A DNA stretch of 64,000 bases from Octopus sinensis (Eukaryota): positions 39,556,001 through 39,620,000 of the forward strand of contig NC_043004.1 of the NCBI RefSeq assembly GCF_006345805.1, read 5' to 3'. Below are positions 12,991 to 26,991 of this stretch, piece after piece. The notes beneath the pieces were generated by a model that was not told where the DNA came from, did no database searches, and saw only the letters and a list, made by a program, of their open reading frames with translations. A program made the position numbers and the translations under genes. Within the stretch, counting starts at the first letter, position 1; the number at the start of each line of letters is the position of its first letter.

Positions 12991-13923
12991 GTACGTACGT
13001 ACATACATCCATCCATTTATACATACATACATACATACATACAGACAGACAGACAGACACATACAGACAGACAGACATACACACTCAGACAGACGCACAC
13101 ACACACACAGAGCCTCGCAGACTTTTATGTTCTCCATTCACCTCTTCTTCGTTGAGACTTAAGAGACATACTCATGTACATCCACACACACACACACACA
13201 CATACACACACACAGAGCCACACACATAAATATATAAATGTATATAATAAGTTTACACACACACACACACACAAACATCGTGCTACCTTATTATAGATTA
13301 AAGCGAACAACTGAAAATGTTGTAGCTTGCTGAGTAATTCAGCCGTCAGTCGAAGAATAAAAGCCAAAATAACCGATGTCGACCTGTAACCATTATCTTA
13401 AACCTTCCCAACGGCAAACTGTCTCCATTATCTTTATGTGTTGTGAGACAGAAACTCAGCTGAAACCAGCTTGCAATAATATTATACAGAGTTGACGCTG
13501 TAGCCTCTGTTGCCACTATTACTAACTGAACTGTAGCCAATTGCCAGCAACAATTGTTACTGCATCATTCTAACAGAAACAGCTGTTTTCTTATAAATAT
13601 ATAAATGTGTGTCTCAGCAGGTTTGTACATATATGTGTATGTCTGTGTGTCTGTACGTATATATACGTACGTCTGTATGCCTGCGCGCTTTGCGTGTGTA
13701 TGTGCGTGCGCGCGTGTGTGTGTGTGTGTGTGTGCATAAATATATGTATGTGTGTACTTGCGTATACGTACAAATATGTATGCATATGTTTGTCTGTGTG
13801 TGCGCATCTAATTTGAATTACACATTCCATGCACTTCACATGCACGCATGTGAAGTGCACTTATTATTAAGCGACTTTTAACCTGCAAAGTAATTAAAAA
13901 TCATGGAATGCATATACGTAATA

Positions 13924-13981
<58 letters not shown>

Positions 13982-13984
<3 letters not shown>

Positions 13985-14382
13985 AGTGGCTGTGTGGTAA
14001 GTAGCTTGCTAACCAACCACATGGTTCCGGGTTCAGTCCCACTGCGTGGCATCTTGGGCAAGTGTCTTCTGCTCTAGCCCCGGGCCGACCAATGCCTTGT
14101 GAGTGGATTTGGTAGACGGAAACTGAAAGAAGCCTGTCGTATATATGTGTATATATATATGTATGTGTGTGTGTTTGTGTGTCTGTGTTTGTACCCCTAG
14201 CATTGCTTGACAACTGATGCTGGTGTGCTTACGTCCCCGTCACTTAGGGGTTCGGCAAAAAGAGACCGATAGAATAAGTACTGGGCTTACAAAGAATAAG
14301 TCCCGGGGTCGATTTGCTCGACCAAAGGCGGTGCTCCAGCATGGCCGCAGTCAAATGACTGAAACAAGTAAAAGAGTAAAAG
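13982..14382 (+). mobile_element. Full-length tRNA-derived SINE family A (CORE-like; reminiscent of described octopus SINEs)
   Basis: A box tggctgtgtgg, B box gggttcagtcc, CORE-like atcttgggcaagtg, internal TG microsatellite, tail gaaacaagtaaaagagtaaaag; inserted in (TA)n. Confidence 0.9.
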
Positions 14383-14424
14383 TGTATATATATATAAAGT
14401 ATGAAAATTGGCTAATATTTCCCT

Positions 14425-14510
14425 CAAACTTTGCGTCCAATAATACTGTATTTGTTCCATGTCCTCGCGTTGTTGTGTTTTTTTGTGCTTTCTTGTTTGG
14501 ATTAACTTTA
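14425..14510 (-). mobile_element. Terminal fragment of the hammerhead-like family seen at 29423 and 53066
   Basis: gcgtccaataatac..tttgttcca.gtcctcgcgttgttgtgtttttttgtgctttcttgtttggattaac is the reverse complement of 29423-29496. Confidence 0.75.
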
Positions 14511-14548
14511 CACACACACGCACATATATATATATATATATATATATA

Positions 14549-14951
14549 CTAGCAGTATCGCCCGGCGTTGCTCGGGCTTGTAAGGGAAATAACTATATAA
14601 GCATTTTAGAGATGTAAAGTATAATAGCCATCTCAATATGGCTAACCACAAAGGGGGGGGGTGTACTGTAGCTTTTTACGTTCTGAGATTTAATAATAAA
14701 TTTTAGAGAGTTACTTCCCTTATATATGCCAAAAATGCATTAAAAATGGGAATAATTGATGGTAATTTTTTTTTTAAATCGTAGACTCATCGTAGGCGCG
14801 CGCTAATACCCAGAAGGGCTCGATATGAATCACGACTATAAGATATCCGGTTTTGGTTAACTGCAAAAAGGTGGGACCGCAAAATGTGGAGTAGTTAGGA
14901 ATCTGAATCGTAGGAGACAGACAGCACACAACCTCACTTTTATATATAAAG

Positions 14952-14952
<1 letters not shown>
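14549..14952 (-). mobile_element. Non-autonomous Helitron
   Basis: Minus strand: A|TCTTTATATATAAAAG ... gcccgagcaacgccgggc hairpin ... CTAG|T; no TSD; inserted in (TA)n. Confidence 0.85.
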
Positions 14953-14999
<47 letters not shown>

Positions 15000-15299
15000 A
15001 ATACAAATGTATAGATATAAATACATACATACATACATACGTGTGTATGTATGTATGTATTTATCTATGTATAGGCATGGGGTTGGATGTAGGCATGTGA
15101 AGGAGACTACTCGCTATAGTTAATGTATTAATTGGTTGAAGAAAGCTTTCGCTCTGTCATAGCGACGGAATGTATTATCAGCACAGCTGATACATAGACA
15201 CACACATACAGTTATACAGTTACACAGACACACATGAAAGTTGCATGACAGCTTCATGATGTTTTTGCGGCTTTAATAAAAAAAAAAGTATATATATAT

Positions 15300-15373
<74 letters not shown>

Positions 15374-17219
15374 ACATATATATACATATATATATACATA
15401 TAAGTACAAAGGGAGAGAGGGGTTATGATGAAGTTGAAGATTGAAAGAAATTTATTCCTACATTTTCTTATTTTGTATATGTATGTATGTATGTATGTTA
15501 CGGGACGGACGGACGGACGACGGACGGAGGGACGGACGGACAGACAGACCAGACAGACATAATTAAAATGTAAAATGCTATGTATTTATGATTGCTTGTT
15601 TGTCAGTCTGTCTGTATGTATGTATGTAGGGACAAATATGGCTGCTAGTTTAAAAAGCTCGCCTTGAAGCCGCATGGTTACAGTACAGTTTTACTTAACG
15701 ACACATTGCGCATGTCACTTCCACTCTTGCCCCGGGTCGATCAATACCTTGTGAGTGAATTTGATGGATGGAAACTATGAGGAAGCTTGTCATATGTGTT
15801 TGTTTTTATTTTTCTCCCTCCACCGTTTGACAACATTTGTTGCTTTATTTACATTCCTGTAGCTTAGTGGTTCGGCAAAACAGACCGATAGAGTAATTAT
15901 CAGACTTAAGATATAAGCGCTGGGATTGATTTGTTCGACTAAACATCTCGAGCCGGTACCCTGGGTACTTGTTTCAGTCACTGGATTGCTGACTGTAAGG
16001 GTTTTATCATTACCCTGTAATGCATTTGTTCAGGTGACAGAGCGAAAGCTTTCTTCCAACCAATTAATACATTAACTATAGCGAGTAGTCTCCTTCACAT
16101 GCCTACATCCAACTCCATGCCTATACATAGATAAATACATACATACATACATACAGCTATGGTGAGGAGACATACATGAACACAAAGACAGACACAAACA
16201 CACACACACACACACACACTCACATGTGCATACATAAATACACGCACGCATACATGGCAAGCTTTTACACAGTCTCCGTCTTTCAGATTGACTCACAAGA
16301 TACTGAACCACGGAACAGAGCCAAAATTGCGCCAATGTAAGTGTTAAAATCAAAAATGTGAGTTGAAAGGAAACAATGTACCCCTAGAAAGTATGAAACT
16401 TGGATAATATTTCCCACCAACACTACTCCTGCTCATGATCAGAGATGCCCGTATTGGCAAGCCACTAAGGGACATGCTGAAGTGCTTGACAAGCAACTTG
16501 CGAATCTGTGGTTCTGAGCAGAATATTTGCTCTAACGATATTTTTGTTTCAGCAACTCCGCGCTGAATATGTCTGAAATGTGATGGAAAATGGATCAGAT
16601 TCAAAACATTGATGTCCAGGTCACAAAAGCAAAGTTTGAATGGAATAGTGGTCATTTCCTTTGATTCCTAGATAGAAGCAAATAGGAAATAACACTTACT
16701 GACCAAAGGCAACAAATATAAATAGATAAAAATGTTGTTACACAAGGTAATTCGTTCTTATTTCTAGCAAATTTATCCTTCGCATAATGACTTCCTTTAA
16801 ACACTTTCATGCTAATACACTTATCAAATTCATCGAGAAACGTAAAAAAAGAAACTAAAAAAAAATCTTAGCATTAAAATATATATTCAAATCTTTGCTG
16901 AAGCAAGCCATTTTGTTTCTGTTTTTTGTAACCTTTCTTATCTACTTTCTTTCTTATTTCCAACCTATTGCAACTTTATTGAATTTCATGTTTCTTTAGA
17001 ATTATGCTTAGAATATTTGCTCATTGCTTAGAAAAGTATTTTCTGTATGTACGTTTGTTGGCTTCTTTTGGGGCTTTTACTGATGTGCTTTTTTTTTTTT
17101 AAATAAATGTTAAGCGATAGATGTTTCTTAAGAAGTTTCTCGATGTTTATTGAATAGCGAAGCAATAAAATAACTTACAGAAAAGACAAAATGCGAAATT
17201 TTATATATCAAATATGTGC

Positions 17220-17220
17220 A

Positions 17221-17303
<83 letters not shown>

Positions 17304-17430
17304 CATTATTATTACATGCACACATATATATGTATGTATGTATATATGTATGTATATATGTGTATGTATCTATATATATATGTATGTGTATGTATATATA
17401 TATATGTATGTATATATATATATATGTATG

Positions 17431-17473
<43 letters not shown>

Positions 17474-17694
17474 ATAAATCTATATATGTGTGTGTATAAT
17501 ATATGTATATACATGCATGTATAAATGTATGTGTATATATATATATATATATATATAGGCATTTATATATTTATATATATATGCATATATATATATATAT
17601 ACATACACAACATAAATATATATACACACATATATACGTATTTGCATCAATGTGTGTCTACATCTCTCTCTATCTCTCTCTCTCTCCCTATATG

Positions 17695-17740
<46 letters not shown>

Positions 17741-17900
17741 AGAGAGAAAGAGAGATGTCAATTCATTGTAAATGCGTGTGTATGTGTATGTAGGTGAATG
17801 TATACACACACACACACTCTCTCTCTCTCTCTCTCTCATACACACATATACATACGTATGAATGACTGTGTGTATATGTGTATGTATCTATAGGTGCATG
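17220..17900. repeat. Compound microsatellite (ATT)n/(TA)n/(TATG)n/(CT)n/(CA)n
   Basis: Direct inspection. Confidence 0.95.
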
Positions 17901-18065
17901 TAAACGTATGTTTGCCTATGTGATTACTGTGTGACATAAGTATATAATATTGTGATCTAGATTATATGATAAGTTGTTTTGCAAACATTTATAGTAAATA
18001 TGCAAAATTTATTAACGTATATAAATGTTTATGTGTGTATGTCTGTAACTATGAAATGTATTTTA

Positions 18066-18101
<36 letters not shown>

Positions 18102-18585
18102 GGTAATGTGTATGAATACGTTTATATGCATAGAAAGGAGAGTCGCAAAACTTTGATTGTTGAAATAAATATATTTTAGCATTAATTCTAATCTGTTTGC
18201 ATTTTGGTTCAGATCCCTCTGGAGATTAGTTTAACTTTCATATCTGCAATTTCAGCAATCAACAAATTCGGTATACCACTGACTGCTAACTAAATCTCTC
18301 TCATCTACAACAGTAATATCTAAAATGTATTTCGTGGTTTTAGTGAGTCACATTCGATTATTAATCTTCGATATACGCCATCTGAATGAAATCCATGTTG
18401 ATCTTAGGCGCAGACACGGCCATGTAGTTAAGCAACTTTCTTTTTCGCCGTGTGATCTTTCGGTTCAGCCCAAGCCCGCCACCTCGAGTAATTGTTTTCT
18501 GCTATATAGTCCCGGATCTACCTATGACTTGTCATTGGATTTAACAGATGGAAAAGGAAACCCATCGTGTATCCATGTATCTATC

Positions 18586-18645
<60 letters not shown>

Positions 18646-18690
18646 ATCTATCTATCTATCTATCTATCTATCTGTATATCTATCTATCTA

Positions 18691-18726
<36 letters not shown>

Positions 18727-18809
18727 TAGATAGATAGATACATACATACACACACAACACACACACACACCACACACACATATATATATATATATATATA
18801 CATATATAT

Positions 18810-18848
<39 letters not shown>

Positions 18849-19295
18849 CATATATATACACACATATATATATATTCAGAAGTACAACACGTATAGTAAT
18901 AAGCAAACAAACGGAAAAAAGACAGAAGATGAAGTTGAAAAAACATTCTAAATGCACACACGAACTGAGAACAACCGCAGAAGGTCACCAACTCCACATC
19001 AGATATCGGCCAGGCGGTCAGGCGCAATTTCATGCCATTATCGATAATTTTGTTTCCACTCTGGAGGAAACCGGCAAAAGAACTTCCTGGGAATGCGACC
19101 AAAATATAACAAAACAAAACGAGACGGACAAATAAGAGTGAACAAGGAATAAGGAAATGGACGTACGAAAATGGATAACAATTATATGAGACGAGATTGT
19201 TAGTGGATGGACAGAATATAGCCTTAGGGCCAGACGAAGAAAACACTGTTTGTATACAATTATATATATCTACATTGATATATATGCATACATAT

Positions 19296-19335
<40 letters not shown>

Positions 19336-19404
19336 GCATATCAATCTATCTATCTTTATATACGTATACACACACACACACACACAAACACACACATATA
19401 TATA

Positions 19405-19530
19405 GGTCCCGAAAATAGGATGAAAGGTAAAGTCGACCTCGGTGGAATTCGAACTCAGAACGTAAAAAGCGGACGGACGAAATGTTGCTAAGCATTCTAC
19501 CCGGCGCGCAAACGATTCCACCAGCTCACT
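19405..19530 (-). mobile_element. SINE family B, 5' half
   Basis: aggatgaaaggtaaagtcgacctcggtggaattcgaactcagaacg...ccagctc. Confidence 0.8.
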
Positions 19531-19994
19531 GCGTTGATTTCCTCACCCCTACACCCCAGATATATTACTGATACTATATGATTGAAGCAATATCTATCCT
19601 GTATCACCATAAGAGTTAGTTGAAAAACATGAAGACGAGGAACATCAGCTGCCTGATGGTATGAAAAATTGACCTTGGCAAAGAAATAATAGTAGATTTC
19701 AATAAAATTACCTCCTGGGAGGTTGAACGGCTTTTTATTTTTATTTGTTTTTCATTTTTCTTTTCTTTCTTTTTTTGTTATAAAATGCTGGTTGTTGGTA
19801 TTTTAAAACTAGTTCATACTTCCTGTTGAATAGTTTTGTGAAGAGGTTTCTTTCTTTTTTTAAAAATAATTGAAGCTCTATGAACCAACTAAAACTTTAA
19901 ACGTGTTATTTGCTTCTTTCCGATGGTATATGCGTACATTCTCTTTCCCTCCCACACACACACACGCATACAGTCCCACCATTCCTCTCATGCT

Positions 19995-20046
<52 letters not shown>

Positions 20047-20244
20047 TAGATAGATATATTTACACTTAAATAACCTAACCTGTAGTATGAGTTGAACGTG
20101 CCATTTTCAACGTCTTCCAAGTGATGCCTTCCAGCAAAAATTATCATAGCAAAGATAACTATATAATTGTACTGAATTATATAAATAAACATACAGACAT
20201 AGAAAACGGTATGTATGTATGTATAAAAATACATACATACATGA

Positions 20245-20275
<31 letters not shown>

Positions 20276-20603
20276 GGGGGTGTTTATGTATGTATATATA
20301 AATGTGTATGTATATATAAACATATGTGTGTGTGTGTGAGAGCATATATATAAAGTGAGAGGTGAGAAAAAGCGAACGAGTCCAGCATAATGAAGATCAT
20401 ATAATTGTCAAACGAATCATCACGCATTTATATATATCGTTGTTGGCAGCCTCCTTTACTTGGACGTATGATTTTTGTTTCCGGATATTTCATTTTAATA
20501 ATCACGTGGTGAGCCTCATGTGGTTAACTCTTATAGGCGAGGCAGATTTGAAAACTTGGAGTTTATATCAATAAGTATATAAGCGCAGCAGAAGCTTTGT
20601 AAC

Positions 20604-20985
20604 AAGTAGCTTGCTTACCAACCGCATGGTTCCGGGTTCAGTCCCACTGCGTGACCTGCGTGGCATCTTGGGCAAGTGTCTTCTACTATAGCCTCGGGCC
20701 GACCAAAGCCTTCTGAATGGATTTGGTAGACGGAAACTGAAAGAAGCCCGTCGTATATGTGTGTGAGTATGTTGTGTGTGTGTATTTGTGTGTCTGTGTT
20801 TGTCCTCCCACCATCGCTCGACAACCGATGTTGGTGTGTTTACATTCTCGTAACTTAGCAGTTCGGCAAAAGAGACCGATAGAATAAGTACTAGGCTTAC
20901 AAATAATAAGTCCTGCGGTCGATTTATTCGACTAAAGGTGGTGCTCCAGCATGATCGTAGTGAAATGACTGAAACAAGTAAAAGA
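20604..20985 (+). mobile_element. SINE family A
   Basis: Colinear with 13982-14382. Confidence 0.88.
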
Positions 20986-21376
20986 AGAAAAGAAGAAAAG
21001 AAAGAATTCTATAGAATATACATATTTAATATTTTTTTCTACACCTTATATAGTTTTTAAAGTTTCCAGTCACTGCTAGCCTTGTATAACGCTATTTCAT
21101 GTTTCTTTTGAATCGCCAGCACAGCATAACTTGAGACAAATAATATATGCTAAATTCAGTATTTTATGAAGTTTACGAAGTTAGACATTTTGACAAAACA
21201 TGCAGTGTCCGCTAGTGGCCATTTAATATAAGGGAGATTTTCATTTCTACATAAATTTGGCGGGATTAAAAGTTTGAATTTGAAATTAAGACATATGATG
21301 CGCAGAATATCCATATGTAGTTTGTTGCTTTTTGCTTACTTATTACTAAGGGCTTAAATCTTCTAATTTGATATTT

Positions 21377-21787
21377 GGATCTTTTCGGTTTGAACGGCAG
21401 TTTTTAACATAATTTCTAGGTAACTAAAAAATTTTAAACTTCCTATACTGGTAGAATGTGTTTATAAAAACTTTTTCTCTTGGCTTTATTGAGAAAATTC
21501 TATAGTTGTAAGATATTTGTTGTTTTTTTTCTTCAATTTCTGCAATTTCAACCAATCACTGATGTCTCTGAGGTAAAAAACATTCTGTGCCGTATGAATA
21601 TGTCCCTCGTTTAAGAAACAGATTGGGTTTATTTACATTTGTGAAGAAAAAAAGATACCCTTCCCCACTCCTAACCCTAACGCTAAAAGAGATTGAAAGG
21701 CAATAGATCGATTCTAGGGTCATAATTATGGGTGACAATTTCATATGACACCGCTAGAAAAAACTGCCGTTCAAACCGAAAAGATCC
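21377..21787 (-). mobile_element. MITE, second copy of the 9519-9944 family
   Basis: Perfect TIRs ggatcttttcggtttgaacggcagttttt / aaaaactgccgttcaaaccgaaaagatcc; interior is the reverse complement of 9519-9944. Confidence 0.9.
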
Positions 21788-22510
21788 AATTATTTTGTAT
21801 ATGTCATTCTTCTCCTCGTAAGAACTACTATGAAGTCTTAAAGGGCCGGTGTATTGTTTCCCATTCTAAACGAATGATAGACGAATGTCTTCCTATGTAT
21901 AAGGAACAAATGGATGTCACTTATATTTCACACACATATACCAGCTACACCGAAAAGCATGAAATACGTAAAATACAGGACGAAACCTTTGCATGTAGTG
22001 GATATGAACTCTTCATCGACGTAGTGCCAGTACGGAACATTTTCTATTTGAACAATTCGCTTCCAGTATATCATTTTACTCTCTTAATGGTTTCAGTCAT
22101 TGAACTTTCAACAGCTTTTTAGTCGATATCGATTTTAGCACTTATTTCAGTCTGGTACTATTTTATCGATCTCTATTTAGTCAGTAAATTTCAACTTTAT
22201 TTGTTTCTCTTTTTAATGCATATAATTTATGTTTTCATTTAGAGACCTACACACACACACGTGTATGTATACGTCTATGTATGTATGTATGTATGTATGT
22301 ATGTATGTATGTATGTATGTATGTATGTATGTATCTAATTATGCGTATGTGTGTATGCGTATGTATGCACGAGTATGTATGTATGCGTATGTATGTTTGC
22401 ATATATACATATCACTGTATCACTGTACCGACCAGACTCTCAGATCTTTTTATACGCCACTGGTCACAATGCGCTTCTTCAAATTATTGTAGCTTTCAAA
22501 GATGTGTGAT

Positions 22511-22553
<43 letters not shown>

Positions 22554-23385
22554 GTTTTCATTCACACACACATACACACACACACATACACACACATACA
22601 CACACACATACACACGCACACACATATATACACGAATTGATATCTAACGCCAAAGTTGGTCACAGGTTATTGATCATACTAAGACTACAGCAGAACAAAC
22701 TTGTTAACGGTGCCACGCAGTTGGATTGAACCCCGAACCATGTGAGTGCAAAGCGAACTGCTGTTTAAACGAGGAGAGGAGGGGAGGAGAAGAGAAGGGG
22801 GAGGAAGGAGGAGAGGAGGAAGAGAAGGAAAATGAGGAATCGTACGGCTGAATGATAGTTACTCCGTAATTGGTGTCAATGATGATAATGGTAATGATGA
22901 TGATTAGAAATTAAGGGATATGTATTCTCCAGGAAATACTTGAACACTTTATTTTTTGTATGATTGGCAGTTCACTTTTGTTCTACGTTCTCTTTTACTT
23001 CGTCGTCCAAATATACTCAGGTTAGTTTGTTGCATAAGATCTAAAGCATTCCAAGTAGCATCATCCTGCCTCTCATTCCTCCGATAACGATGTATTTAAA
23101 AGGTTATATTATACAGTGTCCCACTCTTTTAGTTCTGTTCTTTCTTTCTAAAAGTGGTAAGGTTTTTGTTTGAAGAAGATACCTATATGTCTCCCATTTT
23201 TAGCAAATTGAATTACCAATTAAAGGCTGCTTCAATGCGTTGTTGTCGTTGCTCTTGTAGTGTTTGTTGTTGTTCTTGTTGTTGTTGCTGCTGCTGTTGT
23301 AGTTGTTGTTGTTTTCCTTGTTCTTTTTTTTTTTTGATCAAGTAGACCTAGGATCAATATTTCATTTTCATTTTCTGCTGGTATG

Positions 23386-23602
23386 CGATGGGATGGTAAA
23401 GAGTTCCAGGCCTTAAGGGTGTCGCGAAAGGCCTGGATGGAGGCCTAATCTTCCGAGTTCTTTTACAGGGCTTAGACAACGTAAAGGACTGCTGCAATAA
23501 GTGCGTGGATTTGAGAGAGGAACATGTTGAATAAAATCATAATTAACTGAAGCTCCTCTATTTTCTTTTACACAAAGCCAGGAACTTTCAGCACCCACTT
23601 CG
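23386..23602 (+). mobile_element. Internally deleted mariner, diverged copy of 55674-55890
   Basis: Shares cgcgaaag..ggagg..ccgagtt..cagggcttaga..tgcaataagtg..gttgaataaaatcata..aaagccag.aact..tcagca. Confidence 0.75.
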
Positions 23603-23758
23603 TACATGTCTAGAACTACATTATCCAATGTGCCCCAACTTTAAGACTGTAAGATGCAATTTAATACAGATTTAGATGTTGTTTCTAGTCAGTTTTGAAA
23701 TGACATACATGCGCTTTTATTTGCTTAATTGTTTACTGTGGGACATTGTCGGAAACTA

Positions 23759-23966
23759 TTAGGCTGGTGCATAATTAATGCGGCTTTTTTTTTCAATAAA
23801 TTTTATTCAACAAAAACAGTAACAACATTTAACAAAAACACCTGTAAATGATTATTCCGGAGCATATTCACCGCCTACTTCAATTTCTGCTTATGTTTTG
23901 TTTAAAATTTTTATTGAATAAAATTTATTGGAAAAAAAAAGCCGCAAGAATTATGTACCAACATAA
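23759..23966. mobile_element. Mariner MITE with Hsmar1/MADE1-like TIRs
   Basis: TA|ttaggctggtgcataattaatgcggc ... gccgcaagaattatgtaccaacataa|TA; long sub-terminal inverted repeat. Confidence 0.8.
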
Positions 23967-23994
23967 TATTATTATATTTCGGGATTCTTTTATT

Positions 23995-24372
23995 CATGTA
24001 TTTGTTTCAGTCATTTCACTGCGGTCATGCTGGAGCACCGTCTTTAGTCAAGCAATTCAACCCTAGGACTTATTCTTTGTAAGCCTAGTATTTATTCTAT
24101 CGGTCTCTTTTGCTGAACCGCTAAGTTATGGGGACGTAAATGCACCAGCCTCGGTTGTCAAGCGATATTTGGGGGACAAACAGACACACAAACATATACA
24201 CAATACATAAATGTATATATATATGGCGGGCTTCTTTCAGTTTCCATCTACCAAATCCCCTCTCAAGGCCTTGGTCGGCCCGAGGCTATATAGTAGAAGC
24301 CCAAGGTGCCATGCAGTGTGACTGAGCCCGGAACCATTTGGTTGGTAACGAAGCTAATTACCACACAGCCAC
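23995..24372 (-). mobile_element. SINE family A
   Basis: Reverse complement of the 13982-14382 type. Confidence 0.85.
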
Positions 24373-24454
24373 TTGCTAAATAAACACACGGACTATATAT
24401 TTTTGTTCACTCGTTTAGTTTTGTTCTTATTTTATTATTTTAACTCATGTCCAT

Positions 24455-24501
24455 TGTCTGGAAATCTTTCGTCACACATCTGTGACCTCTTCAGTGATAC
24501 A
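24455..24501 (-). ncRNA. Hammerhead-like motif, partly degenerate
   Basis: Minus strand: ctgaaga | g | gtcaca gatg tgtgac | gaaa | gatt | tc; stem I weak. Confidence 0.5.
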
Positions 24502-24549
24502 ATTCGTTTTTGCGTGTGTTTCTGCTCTACTTACTTCAATCTCTTCGCA

Positions 24550-24581
<32 letters not shown>

Positions 24582-24672
24582 TATATATATATACACACGT
24601 TAATGTCGATCGAGGAAAATGAGTGCACAGCACCGCATTGGTGTATATAATTTCTTTATTTGTGAATTAAGG

Positions 24673-24726
24673 CTACCATCGGTTTCAACACATTTAGTAG
24701 GAGTTACATGCCTCTTTCAGGGTTAG
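24673..24726 (-). ncRNA. Degenerate hammerhead-like motif
   Basis: Minus strand: ctaacc | ctgaaaga (one extra A) | ggcatgt...atgtgtt | gaaa | ccgat | ggtag; AATAAA just downstream. Confidence 0.4.
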
Positions 24727-24821
24727 TTAGATTCGGTAATTTAAGTTTGAAAGAGACAGATCTCTGGTAGAGGCCTGCGAAACTTTAAGTCGCATGGGGC
24801 CGCATCAAAATGTTTTAGATG

Positions 24822-24857
<36 letters not shown>

Positions 24858-25019
24858 TGTGAGTGTGTATTATCATGTGAGGTTAGATATTAGAAGCTTT
24901 CTTGTACTGGATGCTCTCTGGTGTCTGCAGCCAGCTGTCTCTTAACACTGTTCGCTAATTTAACGTTTGTCCCAGTTTCATAACTGTAACGACAATGGTG
25001 GAACATGTAAATGTTGTTG

Positions 25020-25020
25020 C

Positions 25021-25053
<33 letters not shown>

Positions 25054-25600
25054 ATCCTCACAATCGCAACCATCTTCTTCATCATCATCATATCCTCACA
25101 ATCGCAACCATCTAGTTAATCATCATCATCATCGTATCCTCACAATCGCAACTATCATCATCATCATCATTGTCATCATCATATCCTCACAATCGCAACC
25201 ATCATCATCTTCATCATCATTGTCATCATCATATCCTCACAATCGCAACCATCATCATCATCATTGTCATCATCATCATCATCATCATATCCTCACAATC
25301 GCAACCATCTTCTTCATCATCATCATCATCATATCCTCACAATCGCAACCATCATCATCATCATCATCATCATATCCTCACAATCGCAACCATCATCATC
25401 ATCATCATCATCATATCCTCACAATCGCAACCATCATCATCATCATCATCATCATATCCTCACAATCGCAACCATCATCATCATCATCATCATCATATCC
25501 TCACAATCGCAACCATCATCATCATCATCATCATTGTCATCATCATCATCTTTGTCATCATCATCATCATCGTCGTCGTTGTCGTCGTCGTCGTCGTCCT
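25020..25600 (+). repeat. Minisatellite: 11 copies of tatcctcacaatcgcaac separated by variable (CAT)n
   Basis: Copies counted by eye from 25053 to 25514. Confidence 0.92.
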
Positions 25601-26144
25601 GTTCACACTTATCAGCACCAATGTCATGGTTATCACCACCATCACTGCTACAACTTACATTCTTACAATAATCACCACCACCACCAAAATTATTGTTTGT
25701 TTGTTTGTTTGTTTTGCTTATTTGTTTACTTGTTTATTTTCTTCCGTTTCCTTCACAACTTTTTAAAAATAGGTTGAATCCGGATAACTGATAAACAGAT
25801 AAAATATTTTACTCTACCCACATATAAAATATAAATAGTAGTAAAGACATTGTTGTTTACGTTTCATACCCTGTAATCAGCCTTACCCATCCTTATTAAA
25901 CGATAATTAATTAGATGTATATAACCTTCAGTAAAAGCATAAAATGCAAGAATTACGACGTTCATTCACTTACAAGGGCATTAGTTCTGTAAAAAGCATG
26001 ACCTGGATAAGAGGAATAGTATTGGTGCTGTAACCTCGATTCGAACGTTGTTCGCTCGCTACACAATAGAGTAAATGGCAAAAAAATTCCTTGCTCCCTG
26101 TTATCTAACATTTTTATACGTTCTTTTTTTTTTCATTTATTCAC

Positions 26145-26514
26145 TTACTTGTTTCAGTCATTTGACTGTGGCCATGCTGGAGCACCGCCTTTAGTCGAGG
26201 AAATCGCCCCCCCCCCCGGACTTATTCTTTGTAAGCCTAGTACTTATTCTATCAGTCTCTTTTGCCGAACCGCTAAGTGACGGGGACGTAAACACACCAG
26301 CATCGGTTGTCAGGCGATGTTAGGGGAGGGGTACAAACACAACACACAAACACACACACACACATATATATATACATATATACGACGGGCTTCTTTCAGT
26401 TTCCGTCTGCCAAATCCACTCACAAGGCTTTGGTTGGTCCAAGGTGTCACGCAGTGGGACTGAACCCGGAACCATGTGGTTGGTAAGCAAGCTACTTACC
26501 ACACAGCGACTCCT
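26145..26514 (-). mobile_element. SINE family A (internal deletion in the CORE region)
   Basis: Reverse complement of the 13982-14382 type. Confidence 0.87.
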
Positions 26515-26991
26515 TTTTTTTTTTCTTGTTTCTGTCATTGGACTACGATCGGGCTGCGTTTGAACCGAAAAAAATCAACCCCAGTGGTGATGCCGGTGGT
26601 GGCGGTGGTGGCGGTGGTAGAAAATCTTGATAGTATTAGATGATTCCTTGCAACTTAACAAAATCACCTCTCAGAAGATGATTATCCAATCGAACGCTAA
26701 GAAAGAATCTCATAGTTTCAAATCGAAGCACATATCCAAGAATGCTACTAACACTTAATTTAGAAAAGCTTTGAAGCTGAAAGATGGAATCAGTCCAGAG
26801 GGGATTGCAATATTGGTGCATTTCTTTCATATTCATTAACTCGACACCTTGACTGAACTAACAAACAAATCTGCCACTAGCGTAAAGTTGTAATTATTTT
26901 TGTTCTCGTATTATTTTCCACCTGTGTAACGAAGAAGTAAGAATTAATCTTATCGTTATTCCGTATACACAATATTTTTCTTGTACGTATA

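Noticed and set aside
25020-25600. CRISPR-like repeat/spacer appearance
   Set aside because: Spacers are (CAT)n rather than unique sequence, no cas genes, eukaryotic context
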